Shown here piece after piece: positions 36,667 to 46,162 of a stretch of 58,511 nt of DNA. The notes beneath the pieces were generated by a model. That model did not search any database, was not told the origin of the DNA, and saw nothing but the letters and a program-made list of their open reading frames with translations. Within the stretch, counting starts at the first letter, position 1; each line of letters begins with the position of its first letter. Location: positions 1 through 58,511 of the IMG/VR virus record IMGVR_UViG_3300017913_000450; one strand, 5' to 3'. The stretch comes from a virus. Lineage: Duplodnaviria > Caudoviricetes. Position numbers and translations under genes: made by a program.

Positions 36667-37613
36667 TGGGCTTCTCATCGAACCTCGAAGGCAAAGACCT
36701 TGCAACTCTCATCACAGAAACAGCGTCAGCCCTTGGCGCTAACCCAGTAGACTTGGCCACCGTCATCTCCTACGAGACAGGCGGCACCTTTGACCCCATG
36801 CAGTCTGGCCCAACCACCAAGTGGGGAACCCACCGTGGCTTTATCCAGTTCGGCGAACCACAAGCCCAACAGTACGGCGCAGACTTCACCACACCCGAAG
36901 CGGCCCTCACCTCCCAACTCGGCGCAGACGGAGCTATCGTAAACTACCTGCGATCCAACGGTTATCAAGAGGGCATGGGCATCCTCGACCTGTACTCTAT
37001 CATCAACACTGGTGGCCCAAACAATTACAACTATACAGACGCAGCAGCAGGCGGAGCGTCTGGCACTGTCCGCGACAAGGTCGAGAACCAGATGGATGGA
37101 CACCGTGCAAAAGCATTGGCCTTGCTCGGAAACGAGAAACCACAACCAACGGAACTCGCATCAGCAATCGACGCAGCCGTGGCTGAAGCGGTCGACTTTG
37201 ACCCAGACAAGCAGAACGAAGCAGCATCAACCGCAATGAACGACGGCCCATCCGCGCCCGTGGCGGGCGCGTCTGGCGAAAAAAAGATTGACAGCAGTAT
37301 CACCGACGCAGCTAACGAAGCCCAACGTCGTGAAGCCTATCGCGCAGCCCAAGAATTTATCTTCTCGATGACGCCCCAACAACGCATGATGGAGAAGCAA
37401 CTCTACTACAAAGCGCAGTTGGAACAGGGAGAAGCCCGTGGCTTCGACCAGTGGTTTACCAACACGCGCTTTGGAAACTATGCCCAAGAATATATGAACG
37501 GCGACCAGACCTTCGTAAACAAACTCTCTGGCCCCCAACAGGTCTTGCTGCAACAACTCACAGCCAACATACCCCAAGCCCAATCCTTCGCTCACTATCT
37601 GATGGGCGTCTAG
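36666..37613 (+). CDS. Lysozyme/lytic transglycosylase-like protein
   Basis: LATVISYETGGTFDP...HRGFIQF (catalytic Glu plus G.IQ motif), then an Ala-rich linker. Confidence 0.65.
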   Translation: MGFSSNLEGKDLATLITETASALGANPVDLATVISYETGGTFDPMQSGPTTKWGTHRGFIQFGEPQAQQYGADFTTPEAALTSQLGADGAIVNYLRSNGYQEGMGILDLYSIINTGGPNNYNYTDAAAGGASGTVRDKVENQMDGHRAKALALLGNEKPQPTELASAIDAAVAEAVDFDPDKQNEAASTAMNDGPSAPVAGASGEKKIDSSITDAANEAQRREAYRAAQEFIFSMTPQQRMMEKQLYYKAQLEQGEARGFDQWFTNTRFGNYAQEYMNGDQTFVNKLSGPQQVLLQQLTANIPQAQSFAHYLMGV

Positions 37614-37643
37614 GACGACTGACCCTCAGACGTTTGGTATCCT
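37613..37643 (+). promoter_or_regulatory. Putative late promoter GGACGA-N19-TATCCT
   Basis: Intergenic motif copy upstream of the 37697 ORF. Confidence 0.65.
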
Positions 37644-37696
37644 ATACTCACCTGACCTTCACCTGACTTCACTTCACCAGTCTTAACCAAGCGGAA

Positions 37697-38173
37697 GTGT
37701 TTACAATGATAGAGGTATTGGCTCTTGCCAGTGCAGTCTCGACGGTCGCAGGCAGTATTAGCAGCGGTATCAAGGCAGGAAAAGACATCGGCTCTCTGAT
37801 GCCACAGTTTGGCAAGCTCGCCCAACTGGAAGCGGACATCCATCTGGCTGAGAAGGGCAGACATAAGGGGCCGCTCGGACGTCTGACCTCGTCTGAGGAA
37901 GAGGGTTTTGCTATCGCGCAAGCAAAGATCAAGCACAAGGAAGCGCAAGACCAACTCCGTTCCATCTGCATGTTGTATGGCCCCCCTGGAATGTGGGACA
38001 TGGTCGTCGCTGAACAGGCGGCAGCACGCGCCAGACAAAAGAAAGCACTCGAAGCAGCCGCCGCCAGACGTGACCAGATATTCTGGTACATCTCCATTGG
38101 CATAGGTGTCGTCTTTTTCCTTGCAGGAACATCAGGAATGATCTGGGGATTGAACTGGTGGGTAAACGGATGA
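37697..38173 (+). CDS. Membrane-anchored coiled-coil protein
   Basis: Hydrophobic N-terminus, coiled coil, YGP.G.W motif, C-terminal TM helix. Confidence 0.7.
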   Translation: MFTMIEVLALASAVSTVAGSISSGIKAGKDIGSLMPQFGKLAQLEADIHLAEKGRHKGPLGRLTSSEEEGFAIAQAKIKHKEAQDQLRSICMLYGPPGMWDMVVAEQAAARARQKKALEAAAARRDQIFWYISIGIGVVFFLAGTSGMIWGLNWWVNG

Positions 38174-38343
38174 CGTGGTATCTCATCTTAATCACGTTCT
38201 CTCAAGTCTACCTGCCAGAATATGGCAGTGTCCTCGTGCAATACTGCCACTACAAGACGCACAAGGAACAAAAATGGGAGGACAGAAAAGTCTACGCTGT
38301 CCCCCCTGATTTCATTTGTCCAAGAACTTTCTCGGAAGCCTAA
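38170..38343 (+). CDS. Small hypothetical protein
   Basis: ATGA overlap; hydrophobic N-terminus, two Cys. Confidence 0.5.
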   Translation: MTWYLILITFSQVYLPEYGSVLVQYCHYKTHKEQKWEDRKVYAVPPDFICPRTFSEA

Positions 38344-38510
38344 CGCTTATCTCGTCTTTCCAACACAAGACGCGCAACATGCGCTATGCCTTCGGCTCTC
38401 TGTTTGATTGTGCCTCGGTATGGCTGACGCTGCGCATCCTTCGCGATTACATCAGCCTGTCTGACAATCTGCTCCAACAGCTTCGTGTCTTCATCATCCC
38501 AAGACTTCAT
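38340..38510 (-). CDS. Small hypothetical protein
   Basis: Start MKSWDD with GGAG RBS and ATGA overlap. Confidence 0.55.
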   Translation of the reverse strand: MKSWDDEDTKLLEQIVRQADVIAKDAQRQPYRGTIKQRAEGIAHVARLVLERRDKR

Positions 38511-38758
38511 GCTTGTTCTCCAAGCCATGCGATCATGTACTTCTGCGCTTTAGGGCCAATGCTGATCCCTTGCTTATGCTTCTCCACAATGCCGACATGA
38601 TCCAACGTCTTGAGGTAATGAGACAAGGTCGACGATGTCATCCCTGTCTCGTTGCTCAAGTCTTTAAGTGTCAGCTTTGACTTTTCTTCGCTGCTTTTTT
38701 CCAGTGCTTTCAGCACCAGTATCGCTGTCTTCACTTGTCTCTGTGTTAGTCTGTGCAT
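38507..38758 (-). CDS. Stand-alone IclR-like winged HTH protein
   Basis: LTLKDLSNETGMTSSTLSHYLKTL..VGIVEK. Confidence 0.65.
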   Translation of the reverse strand: MHRLTQRQVKTAILVLKALEKSSEEKSKLTLKDLSNETGMTSSTLSHYLKTLDHVGIVEKHKQGISIGPKAQKYMIAWLGEQA

Positions 38759-38984
38759 CGCCCTGCTCCCGATTTTGCACTCTCATTACGGTGTTCATAG
38801 TCCAACCAGTGCTATTCAATGCACCTTTCAAGTTGTCCAACACCAACACAGCGCCTTGCGCATTCAAGACGTTCTCGGTGAACAGGGTTTCAACACCTAG
38901 TATCTGCTCACCGTTCTTCACGATGTACAAATCACCAACGTGTACCATCTGTGGCTGCTGCTCTTGTGTTTGCTCTTCAGACAT
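38664..38984 (-). CDS. Hypothetical protein
   Basis: GAGG RBS; 3' end overlaps the HTH gene by 95 bp. Confidence 0.55.
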   Translation of the reverse strand: MSEEQTQEQQPQMVHVGDLYIVKNGEQILGVETLFTENVLNAQGAVLVLDNLKGALNSTGWTMNTVMRVQNREQGDAQTNTETSEDSDTGAESTGKKQRRKVKADT

Positions 38985-39195
38985 TGTTTATTTCCTCTTT
39001 GGTTTCTTGAATGTCGACACGACAATCAATGAGCGCATCTAATATCTCGTTCATATTTTGCTTAACGAATGGCGACTTGCTTCGGTCGCTTCTCTGTTGC
39101 GTAGCTTCGATCAACTGATCCAAGATGTTGTCCATCTCATCCAAGTCTTCTTCGTTCGCCACGACTTGGAAATTAACTTTGATTACATTACTCAC
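38977..39195 (-). CDS. Hypothetical acidic protein
   Basis: GTG start with GGAG RBS; MSNVIKVNF N-terminus. Confidence 0.6.
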   Translation of the reverse strand: MSNVIKVNFQVVANEEDLDEMDNILDQLIEATQQRSDRSKSPFVKQNMNEILDALIDCRVDIQETKEEINNV

Positions 39196-39262
39196 TGATG
39201 CTCTCCATCATTTGTATTGTTGACACTACAGGTGTCTGCGACGTCTGTAAATACTCCTTCAT

Positions 39263-39521
<259 letters not shown>

Positions 39522-39531
<10 letters not shown>

Positions 39532-40520
39532 CGCACACCTAGAAGACCTATCGTATCCTCAAGGTGTGACGGCGCAAGATGACTGTAACGCATCACCATT
39601 GACAGTGAACTGTGGCCAAGCAAATCAGCCACCGCTCTTAGCGAAGCGCCCCTCTGCACCAGTAACGATGCAAAGGTATGGCGCATGTCGTGCGGCCTAA
39701 AGTCTTCAATGGCTGCACGTCTCGTGGCTCTGTAGAAATAGTCATAGAAACCATCTCTGTGCCACTGACCCCCTGCGGGGTTCGGGAAGACCAGACCTGT
39801 ACCTCTCTCCCCTATGGCTTTGGTGACGTCGTCGACCAACGGCACGGCTCTGAACCGCGTCTTGCCTGACGTCCCCTTGCGCGTCCCGAAAGTGGCCTTG
39901 CCATCTACGATGTCAGACCACTCCACACGGAACGCCTCGCCAAGTCTCGCCCCAGTAAAAAACAGGAACGTGACCAATCCTTCTATTTCTGGCTCACAAC
40001 ATTCGATGAGCGCATCCCTCTCATCCTCGTCAAGCCAACGTGTGCGGCTGTCGTCGACCTTCGGCTTCTTCAACCGCAAGTCTGGCGCATCCAGTCCCAT
40101 GTCCTTGGCATGGTTCAGCATGGCCATAATGCTGTTGATCTCCCGCTTGACGGTCGACGCTTTGTTACCACGACTATTCACCCACAACATAACATCAGCA
40201 ACAGTCAGCGCCTCCAGACGTGTCTTACCAAATGACTTATCAAAACGTCCCATGATATTCACATCTGTTTCCCCGACCTTGCTTGGCCTATCCAAGAACA
40301 GCCTAATCGCCTGTCCTACAGACACAATGGAAGTCGCGCCCCTTTCAAGACGTCCATCCAACGCATCCTTGAGTATCCGCCCCATGGCTTCTTGCGCATG
40401 TGGCTTCATGCTCCGACCAAACCCAGTGCTTTTACGGACGCGTAGTCGACCGCCAGTTGGCGTGACCACTGTCCCACTTACTTGCCAGACGTCATTACGC
40501 AGCGTCAGTCGTAGTGTCAT
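39522..40520 (-). CDS. int: Tyrosine integrase
   Basis: TGARLGE, HDMRHTFAS, LLGH and RYSH catalytic motifs; likely start MTLRLT with GAGGA RBS. Confidence 0.93.
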
Positions 40521-40956
40521 TCCTCTTCTCCGCATACAGACGTGCAAACGGATCAGGTTCTGAGAAGTTTGCGTCCCAGTCTTTGGGCAGCCCACCTGTC
40601 ATCATCATGTATCCGTTGTCGTCTATCTCCTCGAACTCTTTGCTTGTTCGGTAAATCAGTTGCGCTCTGCTATTCACGCCCACCTTCTTGAACATGCCTC
40701 TGACATGTACCTTGGCGGTGTTAATGCTGACGCCCATCCTTTCCGAAATCTCTTGATTGTCCGCCCCTCTGAGCAGCATTTGGTACGCGACGTGTTGTTT
40801 CGTCGTGAACTTATCCAAAAACGTAACTTCGTTCTGGGGGGGGATTGGCGACGCAGCTACGTCTTTGGACGCGCCACCTGCCAAATCCTGCAATCGCAAG
40901 CAATGGCTTATAAGTTGGTCGAGCTTCCACTCGATCCGATCCAGTTGTGTTGTCAT
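40495..40956 (-). CDS. LuxR/GerE-type HTH regulator
   Basis: FTTKQ...GADNQEISERMGVSINTAKVHV..MFKKVGVNSRAQL; overlaps the integrase start. Confidence 0.85.
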   Translation of the reverse strand: MTTQLDRIEWKLDQLISHCLRLQDLAGGASKDVAASPIPPQNEVTFLDKFTTKQHVAYQMLLRGADNQEISERMGVSINTAKVHVRGMFKKVGVNSRAQLIYRTSKEFEEIDDNGYMMMTGGLPKDWDANFSEPDPFARLYAEKRNDTTTDAA

Positions 40957-41136
40957 TTTTTTCCCTAGTTCCGTGAGTGTTTCTAGTTATAATGATCTCA
41001 TCACGGGAACACGGTGGTCCGCAGGGTGGACTGCACCAGTTAGTCACTGATAGCCCACACTCGGACGAACTATACGCCTCGTGTCTCATGTCGCTCCTCA
41101 TGTTAAAGGTGGCACACCTCATGCCACCTGTATAAT

Positions 41137-41164
41137 ACGTTATACATATACCAAGATATGTCAA
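41137..41164 (-). promoter_or_regulatory. Sigma70-like promoter TTGACA-N16-TAACGT for luxR-int
   Basis: AT-rich intergenic site with adjacent AGGTGT half-sites. Confidence 0.5.
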
Positions 41165-41177
41165 GGTGTTTTAGGTG

Positions 41178-41642
41178 TTAAAAATCCATTAACTTCTCGC
41201 ATGCGTTGACCGCATCTTTGAACTCATTGTGACGTGATCTCAAGCAAATGCCATCCACTCTATGCTCGTTTCCCTTGGTGTCCTCAAAGTCAAACTCTGA
41301 TGACCAACCCTCAACAGTACACACGCAGTATTGGCCACCCTTGATGCCAAGCAGAACAACCTGACCATTTTTCAACTCAGGTATCTCCTTCTGGCTCACC
41401 CAACCACCTGCGATCTGATCCATGCCACGCTTGCTCTTGTCCACACCATCCACGCGCTTCATCCAGTATGGCTTGTAACTCCCCCGACGTTTCTTCTTCG
41501 GCGATGTAGTCGACTTTCCCGCCTCCCACTTGTCTGCCAGACCAGAGCCATCCAACTCGTTCCCGATCTGCAAGACGACTTCCTTCTTCTCTTCCTCATC
41601 CATTGCCTTGAACAGGCGCATCACAATATTTACAGCTTCCAT
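41178..41642 (-). CDS. Hypothetical protein
   Basis: Likely start MEAVNI, TGATG coupling with GGAG RBS. Confidence 0.65.
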   Translation of the reverse strand: MEAVNIVMRLFKAMDEEEKKEVVLQIGNELDGSGLADKWEAGKSTTSPKKKRRGSYKPYWMKRVDGVDKSKRGMDQIAGGWVSQKEIPELKNGQVVLLGIKGGQYCVCTVEGWSSEFDFEDTKGNEHRVDGICLRSRHNEFKDAVNACEKLMDF

Positions 41643-42811
41643 CACTTCGCTCCTTTGCTTTTCAATTCGTAGTCGTGAACAATCGTGCCGACCTCGGCAC
41701 TGCCCACCCATTGCTCTGCAATCCACCGCGTAACCACGGTGCCGTCCTTGCGTCTGTACCGACGCCAATGCCCACGTCTGACGTGCCGACGCTTCTTGCC
41801 GCCGCCGCCCTTGAACATGCGCTCGTACCTCGTCGTCCCTCTTGGCTTTGGCAGATCAATCTCCAGTAGACGCAACTCATTGCGTGGCACAGGCCGACCA
41901 AACGCCACGCGTCTGATACCCTTCTCCATCTTCCGCTCGATGACCGTGTGCGGGTAATTAATCAGTGCAAGCACAGCAATCAGGAAGCGCAAGTCTCCAA
42001 CCCACATGTCAATCGAACTTTTGCGCTGCTCCTGTAGAAACTTCTCGGCCTCATCCCTCACACTCGCAGACGAACTGCGTGTCGCCGCAACCCAGTCGAG
42101 CAGGTGCGCCCCACCAAAGTTACCCAACGTCAGCAACGTGCGTTCGAAGACGTCAGTCATCCGCTTTGTACGCTTGCCGCCATGATTGTGAACGTAGATC
42201 GGACTTATCAGACGCTCGCCATGTATGTGTTGGTTGGCTCGCATCAAACTCTCGTCACTCTTCTGGCCCATCGTAGAGACCAGACGCTCTGGCTCATACA
42301 AAATGGGCGCGTCGGGACAAAACTGCACAGAGAACGCAGGCATTGCGATCTTCCCGCCCTTGCCGTCTGGGTTCTCGATGAAACAAAACTGCTCCACGTC
42401 GTAGTGATTGACGTCCTTGTCCTTGTTGCGTCTGATGTGCAGACCAATCGTGTCTTGCCATTTCTCTGGCGCAGGGTCTTCGCCTCGCTCCCATCCCAAC
42501 TCGTCCATCGTGTCGAACAAAATAGGCACACGCTTCTTGTCGTCCCACTCAATCCACATGTTGTCGAACGGCGGAACTCCAACCTCGAACATGTCGAGTA
42601 ACGTCTGCGGTGGCGCACAACTGGCCGTAACTGCATGCTGCAAAAGACTGTCGCACACGACAAACTTCTGCGCTCCAAGCAAATCGGCACGCGTGGTGCG
42701 TGCCGTTGCTGCAATGTGTTTCTTAATCGTTTGGCTCTTCACATCCTTGTGCCAGAACCCACGTTTTGGGTCGCCGCAAGCGGCAACCACCAAGTTGAAC
42801 AGGTCACTCAT
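41642..42811 (-). CDS. Hypothetical early protein with C-terminal RRHVRRGHWR motif
   Basis: PPFDNMWIEW and RRH.RRGHWR...RWI motifs. Confidence 0.75.
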   Translation of the reverse strand: MSDLFNLVVAACGDPKRGFWHKDVKSQTIKKHIAATARTTRADLLGAQKFVVCDSLLQHAVTASCAPPQTLLDMFEVGVPPFDNMWIEWDDKKRVPILFDTMDELGWERGEDPAPEKWQDTIGLHIRRNKDKDVNHYDVEQFCFIENPDGKGGKIAMPAFSVQFCPDAPILYEPERLVSTMGQKSDESLMRANQHIHGERLISPIYVHNHGGKRTKRMTDVFERTLLTLGNFGGAHLLDWVAATRSSSASVRDEAEKFLQEQRKSSIDMWVGDLRFLIAVLALINYPHTVIERKMEKGIRRVAFGRPVPRNELRLLEIDLPKPRGTTRYERMFKGGGGKKRRHVRRGHWRRYRRKDGTVVTRWIAEQWVGSAEVGTIVHDYELKSKGAK

Positions 42812-43320
42812 GGCTTCCTCTCATCGCTATCAATGCGTCCATCCACGCTGATGAACCGACGCTTCTTGTCGTATGGGTCTTCGTGCATGAAGCCCTCTTG
42901 CATCATCAGACTGACGTACTTGCGCACCGTCGCACCCGACATGCTGCCCTTCATCAACAGCCCTGCACCCTCGACCACGTCGAACATGTAGCCAGACACA
43001 ACATCGACCAACATGTCCCACTCTTTGCGGCTGTACCCTGCATAGTTTTTCTGGGGCTTATCGGGCGTCGGCAACTCACGACAACGCATCAGCACCTCAT
43101 CCACCTTGGCCTTGCTCAATGCGCTCGGCGTCTGTATGGCAGGCACACGCTTGGCATAGTCCGCATAAGACGTGGCAGGCTTGGGTGTATACTTCTGTGT
43201 ATACGTCTTGCGTGGGGCAGTCGTCTTGGCGGTCGGTGCCTCACGCTTTTCGGTCACACCGTAATCCGATAGCTTGGATCGTGTGATTTTGTTGACTACA
43301 TCTTTAGCTTGCTTGGTCAT
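42808..43320 (-). CDS. Hypothetical early protein
   Basis: Likely start MTKQAK with GGAG RBS. Confidence 0.6.
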   Translation of the reverse strand: MTKQAKDVVNKITRSKLSDYGVTEKREAPTAKTTAPRKTYTQKYTPKPATSYADYAKRVPAIQTPSALSKAKVDEVLMRCRELPTPDKPQKNYAGYSRKEWDMLVDVVSGYMFDVVEGAGLLMKGSMSGATVRKYVSLMMQEGFMHEDPYDKKRRFISVDGRIDSDERKP

Positions 43321-43606
43321 ACTCTCTCTCCTCTGGTAGGGTTTGTGTGCGAAAGAACCCCTGATGTTTGGGGAACTCCCACATGAACAGCCGCGCATAG
43401 TACGGCGTGTAATTGTTGGACATCTTGAACTCCTCACCAGACGTCTCGACGTCTGTGTGCCATCTGATGCGCTCGAAGATTGCCTTGCTGCTGTATTGGT
43501 CATGCCCTCTGGCAATCACCTCAAACGTGAACCGCTTGAACAACTCGTAGATGTGCGGATTATCTTTGTGGTACATCCACCACTTGTGCTTGATGCTAAC
43601 GCTCAT
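43304..43606 (-). CDS. Conserved phage hypothetical protein
   Basis: HKDNPHIYELF...FERIRW...FKMSNNY.PYYARLF. Confidence 0.7.
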   Translation of the reverse strand: MSVSIKHKWWMYHKDNPHIYELFKRFTFEVIARGHDQYSSKAIFERIRWHTDVETSGEEFKMSNNYTPYYARLFMWEFPKHQGFFRTQTLPEEREYDQAS

Positions 43607-44109
43607 GCTGCCACCTCGTACTCAGCCAACCACTCTGGCTTGTCACGCTTGGTCCACTTGTGCAGGTGACGTTTGTCGCATGCGTAGTACCAACGATAGG
43701 ACGCAACGTGACACGACGTGTCACCGTGATGCTCGTCATACGGCAGCTTGTACTCGTCTGGGATGCAGCGTGGCGGATTGCGCCAACCATTCTCAGGTAT
43801 CAGACGCGACGCCAGCCCAAGGCTGGGCAGCAACTGCATCGAACCGTGCGCTTTTCCGTACCGTTTGATCCACTCATCGGCCAACGCAACCGCATGATCC
43901 CAACACCACTCGTAGTGCGACCGACTGGCACCAACCCACAAGGTCATGGGATGACTGACATGCGTGTCTCCATACCCACCGACGAACCCGTACTCACGGG
44001 CCGACGTGGACATCATCTGACAACACTCAATGAGTATCTTCCCGACGTGCTTGTCCGCATAGTAACGCGCAGCCTGATCGGGATCGTCGTGCAAAAAGAA
44101 TATGTTCAT
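43603..44109 (-). CDS. Pyrimidine-dimer DNA glycosylase (DenV/Pyr_excise-like)
   Basis: MNIFFL..DP...DKHV.K..IE.CQM.ST, HP.T.W, E...RYGK.H, YR.YY motifs. Confidence 0.8.
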   Translation of the reverse strand: MNIFFLHDDPDQAARYYADKHVGKILIECCQMMSTSAREYGFVGGYGDTHVSHPMTLWVGASRSHYEWCWDHAVALADEWIKRYGKAHGSMQLLPSLGLASRLIPENGWRNPPRCIPDEYKLPYDEHHGDTSCHVASYRWYYACDKRHLHKWTKRDKPEWLAEYEVAA

Positions 44110-44279
44110 ATATCTAACTCCTCACATATGGCTTTGATGGTTGATAAATCTGCGTGGCGCACATTGCGTTCACGCACTCGCTTGGACACTGCCATCCAGA
44201 ACTTCATGTCCTTGCGTGGATGCAGACGCATCCACTCGGCTCTCACTGTCCACTTCCTGATGCGCGGCCTATACCGCAT
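44106..44279 (-). CDS. 57-aa basic protein (MRYRPRIRKW...ICEELDI)
   Basis: Not in the ORF track; fills the gap between the VWA and glycosylase genes, overlapping both. Confidence 0.5.
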   Translation of the reverse strand: MRYRPRIRKWTVRAEWMRLHPRKDMKFWMAVSKRVRERNVRHADLSTIKAICEELDI

Positions 44280-46152
44280 GCTTGGTGTGATCCAACGTCA
44301 CGCGCTCTCCAAGCAGCAGCTTGGACAACTGGTTCATCACCTCGCCCTCAAGGTCTTTGATGTCGTTCACGACGACGTGCTTGGAATAGAAACGCTCGAC
44401 CGCATCGCTCTGAATACCGATACCCACAAGCTCAACGTCTGACGCCTCGATGTCACGGCACACCTCAAACAGATGCTGTTCGTGGCCATAGCCTTCAGCC
44501 GCAGGCCATCCGTCTGACAGAACCATCATCACCTTGCGCTTCTCAGGACGCGCACTCAGTCTGTCGTATGCGTGAAGCAGTGCCTCGCCATCCGCATTGT
44601 TGCCGTCTGCCATCGCAACGATGCTGCCGATAGCACCCTTGGCCTCGAACAGACGCTCGTCGAAGTGCTTGAACACAGACATGCGCAGCGGCTCTGTCCT
44701 GTTGTACGAACCTGATTTGGCACGGTACGCTTTCCTGTACTCGGCACTCCAGTAACGGCTGTACAAGTTGTCGAAACCCAGTATCTCGTACTTGATGCCT
44801 GTACGATCCACCGCCTCGGCAATCGCAATGGCACACTGGCGTGCCGTCTGGATGCGTCGGCTGCGCGTCATCGAACCACTCAGGTCAATGAGCAACGTCA
44901 CTGCCGTGTCCATCTCCTGCCTGTCGGTGCGCACCTTGAACACATTCGGACGACCCGCAACCGCAGCGGTCAGACGCTTGGTGTCAAGACGACCATGCTC
45001 CTTGGCCACATCCCAGTCACGCGTCTGCTTGGCAATCAGCGCACGCTCCAACTTACGACGCAGCATGTTGATGGTGCCGCTCATCTCCGCAAGTACGCGG
45101 TCATACGTCTCGGCCTTGCCCTGCGCGAGAATGTGAAACCCCTTGTTGCTCATCTCGCAGCCTGGGTATTTGTTTGGCTCGTCTGAGCGGTGGAACCACA
45201 TGTCATAGGCCGTCGAGAACGGTGTGTACCGATCACCATGTCCGCCCTTGACCCTGCGTGCGAGCTTCTCAAGTGCTTTCTCTAGTCCGAAGTCTTCGTA
45301 AACGTCATCCACACGAGGCTCATCTGCGGTGTCTGTGTGTTCCCTGTCGCCATCATCAGGTTTGTCGCCTTCTGAAACATCGCTTCCCTCTGGCTTATCG
45401 GTCCCGTCCACGTCGTCTCCATGTCCACCCCATTCGGCGTCGCCCATCTCGCCGTCAGGCGTCCCTGTCTCTCCGTCTTGTTGCTCATCTCCGCTGTCTC
45501 CTTTCTCTGGTTCTCCGCGTTCCTCACGCTCACGACGCAGCGCAGCTTCCATCTCCTCGGCCAGCGCGAAGACGTCTGAACTGCTGTCGCACTCATCAAG
45601 ACGCTCGACGTAACCGCGAAGCATGGCCTCAAGATCGCCGTCGAGCAGGTCGATACATTTCTGCTGTGTCTCGCCGCCGTAACCCTCACGACCAATCCAT
45701 GTGGCTGCGACTGGCCCAATGAACACTGGGTCTTGCAGACGTGGGTCGCTGCGCTTGACCTCGCGTAGGAACTCCTTGTTGACCGCATCACTCGTGGCTC
45801 TGATGTTCTTCTCGGCTCCGCCGTACTCAGAGATGACGCGCTTCTCCAACCACACGTCTTCGAGTGCGTTGGCACATGAGTGCAACAGCTTGTTGCCCTT
45901 CAGCTTGCCTGCGTTCTTGCGCAACACGTCGAAGTCTGTGTGACGCACATGCCCTGCCTCATGGTCGACGTACCCACGCATGATGGCTGCGTCTTCCTCG
46001 CTCACGTCACCGCGCAGGTTGAGTGCAGGAAGTATGATCTTGTTGCCGTCTGTGGCTGCGCCGTCACCTTGGAAGACGACGCTGACTGATTTCTTGCGAC
46101 CGAAAACGCTTGATGTTTTGGTCAGTTCGTTGGCGAATATGTTACCCTTCAT
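44269..46152 (-). CDS. CobT-like VWA protein with N-terminal HExxH domain
   Basis: RGYVDHEAGH; acidic linker; GRLD, LLIDLSGSM MIDAS, EILGF, DGEAL, MVLSDG.P; start MKGNIF with AAGGAG RBS. Confidence 0.85.
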   Translation of the reverse strand: MKGNIFANELTKTSSVFGRKKSVSVVFQGDGAATDGNKIILPALNLRGDVSEEDAAIMRGYVDHEAGHVRHTDFDVLRKNAGKLKGNKLLHSCANALEDVWLEKRVISEYGGAEKNIRATSDAVNKEFLREVKRSDPRLQDPVFIGPVAATWIGREGYGGETQQKCIDLLDGDLEAMLRGYVERLDECDSSSDVFALAEEMEAALRREREERGEPEKGDSGDEQQDGETGTPDGEMGDAEWGGHGDDVDGTDKPEGSDVSEGDKPDDGDREHTDTADEPRVDDVYEDFGLEKALEKLARRVKGGHGDRYTPFSTAYDMWFHRSDEPNKYPGCEMSNKGFHILAQGKAETYDRVLAEMSGTINMLRRKLERALIAKQTRDWDVAKEHGRLDTKRLTAAVAGRPNVFKVRTDRQEMDTAVTLLIDLSGSMTRSRRIQTARQCAIAIAEAVDRTGIKYEILGFDNLYSRYWSAEYRKAYRAKSGSYNRTEPLRMSVFKHFDERLFEAKGAIGSIVAMADGNNADGEALLHAYDRLSARPEKRKVMMVLSDGWPAAEGYGHEQHLFEVCRDIEASDVELVGIGIQSDAVERFYSKHVVVNDIKDLEGEVMNQLSKLLLGERVTLDHTKHAV

Positions 46153-46162
46153 GGTCGGCTCC

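Noticed and set aside
40811-41164. 117-aa ORF overlapping luxR
   Set aside because: It starts in the promoter region and overlaps luxR by 146 bp with no recognisable motif; only the RBS at ATG 41089 is noted, as a possible leader ORF.
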